A stretch of 64,000 nt of DNA from an uncultured Verrucomicrobiae bacterium (GTDB lineage Bacteria > Verrucomicrobiota > Verrucomicrobiia > Limisphaerales > J093). Below the pieces are notes generated by a model, which ran no database searches, was not told the origin of the DNA, and saw only the letters and a list, made by a program, of their open reading frames with translations. The translations under genes and the position numbers were made by a program. Each line of letters starts with the position of its first letter. Within the stretch, counting starts at the first letter, position 1. This document shows positions 56,025 through 64,000 of the stretch, piece by piece. The DNA is taken from NCBI GenBank assembly GCA_963846445.1, contig CAWJWM010000015.1, forward strand, positions 20,043-84,042, written 5' to 3'.

Positions 56025-56791
56025 TGAGCGACCGACCACAACAGGGGGTCAGCCTCCGGGTGTGCGATCTCCACAAGAGCTACGACGGTCAACACGTGCT
56101 CAGAGGCGTCAGCTTCGAGGTCGACCGCGGCGAGATCTTCGTGCTCATGGGCCCAAGCGGCAGCGGCAAAACCGTCCTGTTGAAACACCTCATCGGACTC
56201 GAATCCCCGGATCGGGGGGAAATCCTCGTCGAAGGAAGACCGATCCAGGCGCCGGATGTGGCGGAACAATACCGGCTGGCGATGGTGTTTCAGTCCGGAG
56301 CGCTCCTGAACTCGCTCTCCGTGGCCGAGAACGTCGGGCTTTATCTGAGCGAACACAGGCTCCACCCACCGGAAGAGATTGCCCGGATTGTCGCCGAGAA
56401 ACTCGCCCTCGTCGGCCTCAAGGGGATCGAAGACAAGCTGCCCAGTGAACTGTCGGGCGGCATGAGGAAACGAGTGTCCATCGCGCGCGCCCTCGTGGTG
56501 GAACCTCAATTGATCTTCTACGACGAGCCAACCAGCGAACTGGATCCGCTGATCGCTGTGACCATCGGCAGTGAGATTCTGCGGCTCAATCGGCGCATCG
56601 AGGTCACCTCGATCGTCGTGACACACGATCGCGACCTGGCTTTCGGGATTGCCGACAGGATTGCCCTGATGAACGACGGCGAGTTGATCGCCCTGGGGCG
56701 CCCGGACGAGGTCAAGGCGAATCCGCATCCGCTGGTGCAGCAGTTCTTGCAGGCCGATTTCCGCTTTAACCCCCAATCGCTCGCCCCATGA
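56024..56791 (+). CDS. mlaF: MlaF-family ABC transporter ATP-binding protein
   Basis: Walker A GPSGSGKT, signature LSGGMRKRVSIARAL and Walker B LIFYDEPTS. Has a TGATG overlap with mlaE. Confidence 0.9.
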   Translation: MSDRPQQGVSLRVCDLHKSYDGQHVLRGVSFEVDRGEIFVLMGPSGSGKTVLLKHLIGLESPDRGEILVEGRPIQAPDVAEQYRLAMVFQSGALLNSLSVAENVGLYLSEHRLHPPEEIARIVAEKLALVGLKGIEDKLPSELSGGMRKRVSIARALVVEPQLIFYDEPTSELDPLIAVTIGSEILRLNRRIEVTSIVVTHDRDLAFGIADRIALMNDGELIALGRPDEVKANPHPLVQQFLQADFRFNPQSLAP

Positions 56792-57765
56792 AAAACACCA
56801 CCGAAACTCGACTCGGCTTCTTTTTCGCGCTCGCCATGGTGGCCGGCGTGATCATTCTTGAAATGGTTGGCGGCCTCGATTTCCTCCGCGGCGGGCTGCA
56901 ATTGAACGCCCGGTTCAAGAATATCCAGGAACTCAAGAAGGGTGACCCGGTCAAAATGGCCGGCAAACCCATCGGGCGGGTCTACGGCATCGAGTTTGCC
57001 GAAGACAAGGTCCTGGTGCGCATGCGCATCCTCGACCCGAAGGCTCTGGTGCGCACGGACACCCAGGCGACCATCAAGTTTTCGGGTCTCATGGGCCAAA
57101 ACTACGTGGCGCTCGATTTCGGCACGGACAAAGGCGAAATCATCACCCTTCCCGACCAGGAACTCGCCACCGAGGAACAGGCCGATATCGGCTCGATCAT
57201 TTCCAAGCTCGACGGCGTCACGGGCGACATCCGAAAGATCACCGCCAATTTCACCGACCTCAAGATCGATGAACTGATCATGCCCTTCCGGGATTTCATC
57301 ACCGAAGAACGCCCGCGGGTGACCGGCATCCTCACCAACGTCCAGGCCGTCGCCGAGCGCATCAACTCCGGTCGGGGCACCATCGGACGCCTGGTCAACG
57401 ACGATACGCTCTACGAGTCGGCACTCAGTACGGTGACCAACCTGAACGCCACCTCCGCCGACGCGCGCGACCTGGTGCGCCAGGCCCAGACGATCGTCGC
57501 CGACGTCCGCGCCGGCAAAGGCACCGTGGGGCGGTTGCTCGCGGAGGATCAGTTGTATCGGGAAGTGACCGAGGCCGCGACCCACTTGAAGGAGGTCCTC
57601 CAGAAAGTCAACCGCGGCCAGGGGTCGGTCGGCACACTCGTGAACGATAAGACCTTGGTCGACAATGCCAAGCTGACCCTCCAGAAACTCGACAAGGCCA
57701 CCGAATCACTCGAAGATCAGGGCCCGCTCAGCGTCATCGGCATCCTGATCAACCCGCTCTTCTGA
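56788..57765 (+). CDS. mlaD: MCE/MlaD-family protein with an extended C-terminal helical region
   Basis: 325 aa with an N-terminal TM (LGFFFALAMVAGVIIL), an MCE domain (LKKGDPVKMAGKPIGRVYGIEF) and repeated GxGTIGRLVND-type segments. Confidence 0.8.
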   Translation: MKNTTETRLGFFFALAMVAGVIILEMVGGLDFLRGGLQLNARFKNIQELKKGDPVKMAGKPIGRVYGIEFAEDKVLVRMRILDPKALVRTDTQATIKFSGLMGQNYVALDFGTDKGEIITLPDQELATEEQADIGSIISKLDGVTGDIRKITANFTDLKIDELIMPFRDFITEERPRVTGILTNVQAVAERINSGRGTIGRLVNDDTLYESALSTVTNLNATSADARDLVRQAQTIVADVRAGKGTVGRLLAEDQLYREVTEAATHLKEVLQKVNRGQGSVGTLVNDKTLVDNAKLTLQKLDKATESLEDQGPLSVIGILINPLF

Positions 57766-57770
57766 CCTCC

Positions 57771-58817
57771 TCAGAACTGCCGCAGAAAACGGAGATCGTT
57801 TTCGTAGAAGAGCCGGATATCGTTGATGCCATAACGGATCATCGCAACCCGCTCGATGCCGAATCCAAAAGCCCAGCCGGTCCAGATCTCAGGGTCGTAG
57901 CCGACGTTCTCGAACACCTGCGGATGCACCATGCCGCACCCGGCAATCTCGAGCCATTCCTTGCCCATCTTCCGCGTGAGCGGACTCGAGAAATCGATCT
58001 CGAAACTCGGCTCGGTGTAGCTGAAATAGTGCGGACGAAACCGAATCCGCGTCTCGGCCCCCATCAATTCCCGGAACACAAACTCGACCGTCCCCTTGAG
58101 ATCCGACACCGTTACACCCCGATCCACATAAAGCCCCTCCACTTGGTGGAAAGTCGGGTTGTGCGTCGCGTCCGCGTTGTCCCGCCGGTACACCCGCCCC
58201 GGCACGATGATGCGCACCGGGGGCGCTTGCTTGGTCATCACCCGAATCTGCACGGATGACGTGTGGGTGCGCAATAGCCAGGCCGGCGCGCGCTGGGCTT
58301 CACCCGTGCCAGACGCCCCCTCGCGGCTCGCCGAGAGATAAAAGGTATCCTGCGTGTCCCGCGCGGGATGGTCGGCCGGGGTGTTGAGGGCGTCGAAACA
58401 GTGGTACTCGTCTTCCGCCTCCGGACCGTCCGCCACCGCAAACCCGAGCTTCCGAAAGCTCCGCACGATATCCTCAGTCACCAAGGTCAGCGGATGCATC
58501 CGGCCAAGCGGGCGCCGGCGTCCCGGCAGGGTGAAATCGGTCGGCTCAGCCGGCAGCGCCGCCGCCAATTCCAGTTCCTGTCGACGAGCGATCAGCGTCG
58601 CCTCCAGCGTCCCCTTCGCCGCGTTGATCAACTTGCCCGCAGCAGGTCGTTCCTCCTTGGGCAGGGTTCCCAGTCCCTTCATCAGCGCCGTGAACCGCCC
58701 GTTTGTCCCCAGGTACGCCGTGCGCGCTTGGTCCAAAGCCGCCAAATCCGACGCCGCTCGCAACTCGGCGAGCGCGCCTTGCAGGAGCGGTTCAATCTGG
58801 TCGACGAAGCCTGGCAT
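57771..58817 (-). CDS. pheS: Phenylalanine--tRNA ligase alpha subunit
   Basis: LLRTHTSSVQIR, FHQVEGLYVD, FRPHYFSYTEPSFEID and GWAFGFGIERVAMIRYGI. The start was taken at MPGFVDQIEP (58817). Confidence 0.95.
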   Translation of the reverse strand: MPGFVDQIEPLLQGALAELRAASDLAALDQARTAYLGTNGRFTALMKGLGTLPKEERPAAGKLINAAKGTLEATLIARRQELELAAALPAEPTDFTLPGRRRPLGRMHPLTLVTEDIVRSFRKLGFAVADGPEAEDEYHCFDALNTPADHPARDTQDTFYLSASREGASGTGEAQRAPAWLLRTHTSSVQIRVMTKQAPPVRIIVPGRVYRRDNADATHNPTFHQVEGLYVDRGVTVSDLKGTVEFVFRELMGAETRIRFRPHYFSYTEPSFEIDFSSPLTRKMGKEWLEIAGCGMVHPQVFENVGYDPEIWTGWAFGFGIERVAMIRYGINDIRLFYENDLRFLRQF

Positions 58818-58938
58818 GTGTTCGGAATCGCTGCGTGGTGACCCGACTCGGGGCGGACGAGGGATCGGATGCGACCGGCGCAGGGCGGCGCCCCGGCGGC
58901 CTGCCGCGGCTGCCCCGATCACCAAAGCCGAACTCCGC

Positions 58939-59307
58939 TCAGCCGCCCTTCTTGGCGCGCAAGCCGGCCTGGGCCATTTTGACCAACTCGGAGAATGTCC
59001 CGGAATCCGTTGCGGCCAATTCCGCGATCATCTTCCGGTCCAGCGCCACTTTCGCCGCCTTGAGGCCTTCCAGGAATCGACTGTAGGTCAGCCCGGCAGC
59101 TCGCGCCGCGGCGTTGATCCGGATCTGCCAGAGGGCCCGGAAGTTCCGCTTCTTGGTCTTGCGGTCGCGGTAGGAGTACTGCCGTCCGTGATCGACCGCG
59201 TCGGACGCATATCGATAGAGCTTGGAACGTCGAGCGCGGAAGCCTTTGGCGGCTTGCAGCATGCGCTTGCGGCGCTTACGGGAGGCGGGGGCGTTGGTAA
59301 CGCGCAT
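58939..59307 (-). CDS. rplT: 50S ribosomal protein L20
   Basis: 122 aa: MRVTNAPASRKRRKRMLQAAKGFRARRSKLYRYA...RNFRALWQIRINAAAR. Confidence 0.95.
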   Translation of the reverse strand: MRVTNAPASRKRRKRMLQAAKGFRARRSKLYRYASDAVDHGRQYSYRDRKTKKRNFRALWQIRINAAARAAGLTYSRFLEGLKAAKVALDRKMIAELAATDSGTFSELVKMAQAGLRAKKGG

Positions 59308-59364
59308 GAGATCTTACGTTGAGGTTATGAAAGCGGCGTCGCTTGCAGCAACACCCGCCTTCTT

Positions 59365-59574
59365 CTAGTGGCTGAATGGCAGACTCGCCTTGATCCGGTA
59401 CACGTCCGTTGCGTCAACCGCCGCCGCGTGGCGCAAATGCCGTCGGCGCTTGGCGTTCTTTGTGGACATCAAATGGCGCCGCCCCGCGTGGGGTCGCAGC
59501 ACCTTCCCGGTGGCGGAGATCTTGAACCGCTTGGCCACCGCCTTCCGGGTCTTCACACCTTTGGGGCGTCGCAT
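59365..59574 (-). CDS. rpmI: 50S ribosomal protein L35
   Basis: MRRPKGVKTRKAVAKRFKISATGKVLRPHAGRRHLMSTKNAKRRRHLR... Lies directly upstream of rplT. The start was taken at the internal Met of ORF 59365..59604. Confidence 0.85.
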   Translation of the reverse strand: MRRPKGVKTRKAVAKRFKISATGKVLRPHAGRRHLMSTKNAKRRRHLRHAAAVDATDVYRIKASLPFSH

Positions 59575-59653
59575 ATATCGTATTCCTAACGAAAAAGAGC
59601 ACACAGTCTAGAAAGTCCTTTGGCACTGTGCAAGCTGGAAAATGCCAAAACTT

Positions 59654-59724
59654 AGCCCGCATTTCTCACCAACTTTTGATGTCCTCTAACCGGTCTCCGT
59701 CACATCGCACCTGAAATGCGGGCT
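59654..59724. other. Stem-loop, copy 2 (12-bp stem AGCCCGCATTTC/GAAATGCGGGCT, 47-nt loop starting TCACCAACTTTTGATG)
   Basis: Read directly. It lies 80-150 nt upstream of rpmI on the coding strand. It shares GCATTTCTCACCA-NN-TTTTG with 53221-53242. Confidence 0.5.
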
Positions 59725-59867
59725 GTCAGAAACCCGCGCCCCAAGAAGATGGACCCAATCTCGACCACATTGTGTCCGAGTGCCCGGGTCGCCCACGCGG
59801 CTGGGGCGCGTCCCGGCTCTGATGAACCGATGAGCCAATTCCCTTTGCTGGGCGCGGGTTTCATAGA

Positions 59868-59931
59868 CCCGGAAATCTCACCCACGGACCGTCAGGAATG
59901 CCACGACCGCCCCACTGGTGAGATTTCCGGG
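59868..59931. other. 15-bp perfect stem-loop CCCGGAAATCTCACC-N34-GGTGAGATTTCCGGG just after the rarD stop
   Basis: Read directly. No U-tract follows on the minus strand, so it is not a canonical intrinsic terminator. It is flanked by GGTTAGAGG / CCTCTAACC, which also occurs as GGGTTAGAG near 53434-53442. Confidence 0.45.
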
Positions 59932-59942
59932 TTAGAGGCCCA

Positions 59943-60845
59943 TTAACCATCGGCCTCGGGTGCCTTGGGCCGGCGCCAACGCCAGACTCCCTCCCACCAG
60001 TAAAGAGCCAACGCCAGCCAGATGATGCCAAAACCCACCGCACGCGGGCGCGGGAACGGCTCCCCGTAAGCCGCCACCCCGAGAATCAGCCCGCAGGTCG
60101 GCGACACGTACTGCAACAGACCCAGAGTCGAGAGTCGCACCAGACGGGCTGCCGTGGCGAAGAGCAGCAGCGGCATCGCCGTGACCACGCCCGTGAACAC
60201 CAACAAACCATCCTGGGCCCAGCCCCCGTGACCGAGAGCGCCGCTCCCCCGATGCTCCATCCCCCAGAGGTACCCAGCCGCCGGCAGGCAAAGCAAAGCA
60301 GTCTCGAGAGCCAAACCCGGCAAGGCCGGCAAGGGGGCAACCTTCTTGATCAGCCCGTAGCTGCCAAAGGTCAACGCCAACACCGCAGACACCCACGGGA
60401 ACGCCCCATACTGCCACGTGATGTAGAGAACCCCCGAAGCCGCGACCGCCACCGCGACCCATTGAAGGCGCCGCAGTTTCTCCCGCAACAGCGCCACCCC
60501 CAACGCGACGCTCACCAGCGGATTGATGTAGTACCCCAGACTCGTTTCCACGATCCGCCCGTCGTTCACCGCCCAAATATAGACGAACCAGTTCACCGCC
60601 AATAGCAGAGCCGCCCCCAGGTAGACCAGAAGCGTCCGCCAATGCCCCGACGCCCGCCTCAGGGCCGGCCCCTCCCGCAGCAGGATCACCAGGAAAGCGA
60701 GAAACCCGAACGACCAAAAGATCCGATGAGCGAGAATCTGCGGCGCCGGCACCGCGCGCAGCGCCTTCCAATAAACCGGAAGCAGGCCCCAGAGCACATA
60801 CGCGCCCAGCGCCGACCAGATGCCTCTTTGTGTTGCGGACGTCAC
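59943..60845 (-). CDS. rarD: EamA/RarD family transporter
   Basis: 300 aa: GIWSALGAYVLWGLLPVYWK..., HRIFWSF, 10 TM segments, and the RarD-type motif ETSLGYYINPL. Confidence 0.85.
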   Translation of the reverse strand: MTSATQRGIWSALGAYVLWGLLPVYWKALRAVPAPQILAHRIFWSFGFLAFLVILLREGPALRRASGHWRTLLVYLGAALLLAVNWFVYIWAVNDGRIVETSLGYYINPLVSVALGVALLREKLRRLQWVAVAVAASGVLYITWQYGAFPWVSAVLALTFGSYGLIKKVAPLPALPGLALETALLCLPAAGYLWGMEHRGSGALGHGGWAQDGLLVFTGVVTAMPLLLFATAARLVRLSTLGLLQYVSPTCGLILGVAAYGEPFPRPRAVGFGIIWLALALYWWEGVWRWRRPKAPEADG

Positions 60846-60950
60846 TGGGTCACTCGAATGAACCTCGACATCGAAAGCGGCTCTGAACCCTGCACCTCAC
60901 ACGCATTTTGGCGAAGGGAGCGTTCTCGGACCCACGTCCACTCTATTTCC

Positions 60951-61138
60951 CCTCACCCTAACCCTCTCCCTTGGGGAGAGGGAACCACCTCGTCCGCCCT
61001 CGGGCCATCTGAACAGCCCTCAACCCCGCACCGCCGTCGGGATTTGAAGATGAGCAAGGTGACCGAACATCAAGGATGCACGAATCGAGCGAGGGCGGAC
61101 GAACGGTCTCCCTCTCCTCGGGGAGAGGGCAGGGGTGC
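60951..61138. repeat. Inverted pair of REP-like GC hairpins (CCCTCTCC-loop-GGAGAGGG)
   Basis: CCTCACCCTAACCCTCTCCCTTGGGGAGAGGG lies at 60951-60982. Its relative, in opposite orientation, CTCCCTCTCCTCGGGGAGAGGGCAGGGGTG, lies at 61108-61138. Both are intergenic, between rarD and the pseudopilin-like gene. Confidence 0.6.
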
Positions 61139-61168
61139 AGCGGAACAGCGAGGGCGGAACGCGACGCA

Positions 61169-62059
61169 CTAAGGCCCGCCGTAGCCGGGGCCATTGAGAA
61201 CGTCATTGGGCCGAGGCCATTTGCGGACGTCGAGAAAATCGAGGAATTTCTGCATTTTGATGAACTCGGCCGTGCCGCCCACCCGGCCCACCATGGCGCC
61301 GCCGCCGCGGGCGACGTTGCCCGTGTACTTGCCGACACCAGCGTGGCGCTGGGACACGACCTCGCCTGCGGTTTCAGGAGCGTTGCCCAGGTCGTTGAAA
61401 TAAAAACCGTCGGTCTCGTTTTGCTCCCAGAGCATGATGTCCGTAGGCTTGAAATCGGTGGTCTTGTAAGTGTCGCCGGACCTGATGCCGCCCGACTTGG
61501 GCCCGACGTAACCGCCGATTGTGCCGTTGAAACAGTACGAACTGAGCTTCACCCACCGGGCCATCCACCACGTTTTGTACTGGCCGCTGCCGCGTTGCGC
61601 GACATCCTTCGGGCACCACAAAACGTGATGGTCGGACAGGAACGGCCCAAGATGGCCGACCTTGAAGAAAGCGACTTGATTGCTGAACTGGATCGAGTTC
61701 TCGGCTCTGCCCGCGGCACTGGGCATGTAGGTCGGGCCGCCAGGGATGCGCCCGTTGTTCGGACCGGCATAGGCCCAGCCGTCCGGACCGTTATTGGCGG
61801 TGCCATCGACCCCACCCCAAGTGCAGTGGGCCATATGATCGTTGTTGTCCGTGGCGTACATCTGATTCGCCAGCAAGATCTGTCTGACGTTGTTGATGTC
61901 CGCTGTCCCCTGCGCCCGGTCTTTGGCCCGCGAGAGCGCCGGCAGCAGCATGCCGGCGAGAATCGCGATGATCGCGATCACGACCAACAACTCGATCAGC
62001 GTGAAAGCCACCGTTCCGAGTCGGTCCCGGTGAGCCCCATAATCAGGATTCTTATTCAT
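61169..62059 (-). CDS. Prepilin-type N-terminal cleavage/methylation domain protein (type II pseudopilin-like, DUF1559-type)
   Basis: [18 protein letters not shown]|[56 protein letters not shown]... The start was taken at ATG 62059 within ORF 61169..62458. Confidence 0.85.
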   Translation of the reverse strand: MNKNPDYGAHRDRLGTVAFTLIELLVVIAIIAILAGMLLPALSRAKDRAQGTADINNVRQILLANQMYATDNNDHMAHCTWGGVDGTANNGPDGWAYAGPNNGRIPGGPTYMPSAAGRAENSIQFSNQVAFFKVGHLGPFLSDHHVLWCPKDVAQRGSGQYKTWWMARWVKLSSYCFNGTIGGYVGPKSGGIRSGDTYKTTDFKPTDIMLWEQNETDGFYFNDLGNAPETAGEVVSQRHAGVGKYTGNVARGGGAMVGRVGGTAEFIKMQKFLDFLDVRKWPRPNDVLNGPGYGGP

Positions 62060-62265
62060 AGTACGGACACATTCTGTGCTCTTGTGCTGTTCTGCGGCCC
62101 TGTTAACCGAATACCCCACCGATTGCAAGTGTGCGTTTTCGGGCACAGCGGACCAATCCCTGCCCCCCCCGTCCGCCTCCAATTCAACGAACTTCGAAGC
62201 CTCGCCGGATCCGGACCGTCTGATGAGGTGTGCACTGCGTTTGCCTTGCTCGTCTTGGATGCCTG

Positions 62266-64000
62266 ATGACCGTGCCTTGGCTTCTGGCCACAGGCTGGGC
62301 TGATTGGCCACAACTTCATGGCAACGCAGCCCATGACGGCAGGGCCCAGGCGGACCTCCGCCCGCCTTTCCGACTGGCCTGGGTGCGCGAGTTCGCCGGC
62401 GAACGCCTCGGCACGGCGATGGAACCGATCGTCGCCGGCGGGCAGGTCTTTGTGGCAACGCATCAAGGGAATCTCTATGCCCTGGGAGCGGCCTTGGGCG
62501 ACACCCTATGGCGATTCGCCAGCCACGGACCTCTGCTCCACTCCCCAGCCGCAGGCGACTCGATGGTCTTTGTCGCCAGCGCGGACGGTGGCGTCTATGC
62601 GCTCGACACGGAAACGGGCTGGCTGCGATGGTCCGCGGCCTCCGGAGATGGGGGGTTCGCAGCAGCGCCCGTGGTTGGGCAAGGGGCAGTGTTTGTTGGG
62701 ACTCGCGCCGGGACCTTTCTTGCGATCGAGGCGCAGACCGGCAGCGTGCGGTGGCGACACGCGTTGCCCGCTCCCATTCGCCAGACCGCCGCCCTCGGCG
62801 ACGGTCGGGTTTACGTCACTGCCGAGGACCTGCGGGTGCGTTGTTTCATGGCGGCCGACGGCCTCTTGATCTGGGAGTCCCCACCCTTGTCGGGTCAATC
62901 GGCGCGTGACTATTACCCCGTGGTCGTCTCCGCAGGCGGACGCGCTCGGATCCTCATCCGGACCAATCCCGCACGGAACATGGCGCAGCAGATTGCGCGT
63001 GACCGATCGATGCTGTGGTTTGACCACAGTGGAGTGGCATTCGAGGCGCTGGCTTGGGCCTATCCGCACCTGCCGGCGGCGTTGCAGGCGCGCACGCGGA
63101 CTTGGCTCGCAGATGAACTCGAAACGCATCCGCCTTTCGAGAGATCGGCCTGGTATCAGTTGGGATCCGGCCAACGACGCGAGTGGCACTCGACCCCGAT
63201 GGGAGAGGAGACCCGGCTGGGTCACGACCGCCCTTTTCACCCCTTCGGCAACGTGGCCGCCGTCGCGCTCTGCGGCCAACGGCTGGCTTTGGCGGCAGAG
63301 ATGCGCGGTCTCTGGCCCCGCATCCGGGCGAGTTTTCATGACTTCCAGGCGACCGGTTGGCGCCTCGACCCGGATCGCGGAGATTTGTTCGCCAACCGCT
63401 ACCTCGGATCGTGCCTGATGCTACGGACACTTGCGATCGAGTGCGGTGACCCCGAGACCAGCGCGGCATCCGAGGCCGTCGCCCAGGACATCGGCGAGGC
63501 CCTGATCGCCTGGTGGAAACGTGCGGGTGCGACCGGCACACTGACGCAGTTCGAGGGCCCGGCAGAACTGGATCCCTTCATCGGCAAGGGCGACGCCCTC
63601 TCGCTGCGGCTGGCGCCGCATCGGCACAAACTGGGGTTGTTCCACGACCTGACGCCGTCCGTGGCCCAGCGGATCAGACGGGACGCCCCCGAGGCAGCCG
63701 ACGCCCTCTGGCGGACGTTCACGGCGCTCTACGCGACCTGGTCGCTCGTGGGAGAGGAACGCCAGGTGCATTTCGGTGAGAATTCCATCGATCCGCCCGA
63801 CTTGGCGATGGACGGATTCCGAGCGTTGGCGTGGCTGCGCAAAGTCGAGGGGCCGGAACTGGCCTGCCGAGTTGACTTGCCCTTCTGCCGGGCGGACCTG
63901 TATTACCTGTTAGCGAGGCGTCGGGCGCCGGTGATCGCGCTGGACACCCAGCGGCTACGAGTCCTTCACGCGCCTCGCCGGTCTGAGGCGCAGCCTCGCT
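62266..64000 (+). CDS. PQQ-like beta-propeller repeat protein with an uncharacterised C-terminal domain; runs to the window edge
   Basis: Not in the ORF track because there is no stop in the window. The frame is open from 62227. It reads [25 protein letters not shown]..., [65 protein letters not shown] and [28 protein letters not shown] at 62230 is an alternative start. The last about 30 codons lie inside repeat copy C. Confidence 0.75.
   Translation, partial: MTVPWLLATGWADWPQLHGNAAHDGRAQADLRPPFRLAWVREFAGERLGTAMEPIVAGGQVFVATHQGNLYALGAALGDTLWRFASHGPLLHSPAAGDSMVFVASADGGVYALDTETGWLRWSAASGDGGFAAAPVVGQGAVFVGTRAGTFLAIEAQTGSVRWRHALPAPIRQTAALGDGRVYVTAEDLRVRCFMAADGLLIWESPPLSGQSARDYYPVVVSAGGRARILIRTNPARNMAQQIARDRSMLWFDHSGVAFEALAWAYPHLPAALQARTRTWLADELETHPPFERSAWYQLGSGQRREWHSTPMGEETRLGHDRPFHPFGNVAAVALCGQRLALAAEMRGLWPRIRASFHDFQATGWRLDPDRGDLFANRYLGSCLMLRTLAIECGDPETSAASEAVAQDIGEALIAWWKRAGATGTLTQFEGPAELDPFIGKGDALSLRLAPHRHKLGLFHDLTPSVAQRIRRDAPEAADALWRTFTALYATWSLVGEERQVHFGENSIDPPDLAMDGFRALAWLRKVEGPELACRVDLPFCRADLYYLLARRRAPVIALDTQRLRVLHAPRRSEAQPR
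63910..64000. repeat. Palindromic intergenic element, copy C (cut by the window end)
   Basis: TTAGCGAGGCGTCGGGCGCCGGTGATCGCGCTGGACACCCAGCGGCTACGAGTCCTTCACGCGCCTCGCCGGTCTGAGGCGCAGCCTCGCT. About 90% identical to 53503-53593. Confidence 0.75.

Noticed and set aside
51439-56039. 607-aa and 558-aa minus-strand ORFs
   Set aside because: They are antisense to the fucosidase gene and to the WPL-protein/mlaE genes, with shadow-ORF composition.
1-64000. Search for tRNA, rRNA, tmRNA and riboswitch-like sequences
   Set aside because: I saw no cloverleaf-type T-arm/anticodon-arm patterns, no rRNA-like conserved blocks, and no recognisable riboswitch cores in the intergenic regions. A proper tRNAscan/Infernal run is still needed.

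Overview
High-GC 64-kb window made of two unlike gene neighbourhoods joined at an IS21-family element. (i) 1-12.9 kb carries alphaproteobacterial-style metabolic genes: a TRAP transporter (dctPQM), a class III CoA-transferase, a GntR regulator, ergothioneine genes egtB-egtD, DUF427, SRPBCC, LysR, and a compact dichloromethane-dehalogenase-like locus. That locus holds a theta-class GST resembling DcmA, the glutathione-dependent formaldehyde dehydrogenase adhC, and a divergent HTH+MEDS (DcmR-type) regulator. (ii) 12,987-15,457 is an IS21-family element (istA/istB) with no target-site duplication and unrelated truncated genes on each side. (iii) 15.5-64 kb is a PVC/Verrucomicrobia-style envelope neighbourhood. 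It contains a truncated OMF lipoprotein, a degraded LTD-CotH-beta-helix protein, a CusRS-like two-component system, a lipid-glycosylation cluster (GT21, methyltransferase-ArnT-ArnC-like), and a 2,498-aa internally duplicated membrane protein with an embedded pilin-like domain. It also contains exbB-exbD-tonB plus a Zn-ribbon gene, pheT, an LptF/G permease, a cysteine-rich DUF11 (OmcB-like) protein, a roughly 1,320-aa protein built from 801-bp tandem repeats, a GNAT-like gene, a GH29 fucosidase, a WPL-repeat protein with mlaEFD, pheS-rplT-rpmI, rarD, a pseudopilin-like gene and a PQQ-propeller gene running off the end. I saw no rRNA, tRNA or CRISPR array. About a dozen genes are broken by single-base frame shifts, several at homopolymers, so I treat these as probable assembly indels rather than decay. 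Best leads: the giant duplicated envelope protein beside ExbBD-TonB, the dcm-like locus next to the IS, two CusR-box palindromes linking the two-component system to the arn-like/giant-gene promoter, a family of palindromic intergenic elements, and a TTGCGCAA x3 array upstream of the OmcB-like gene.
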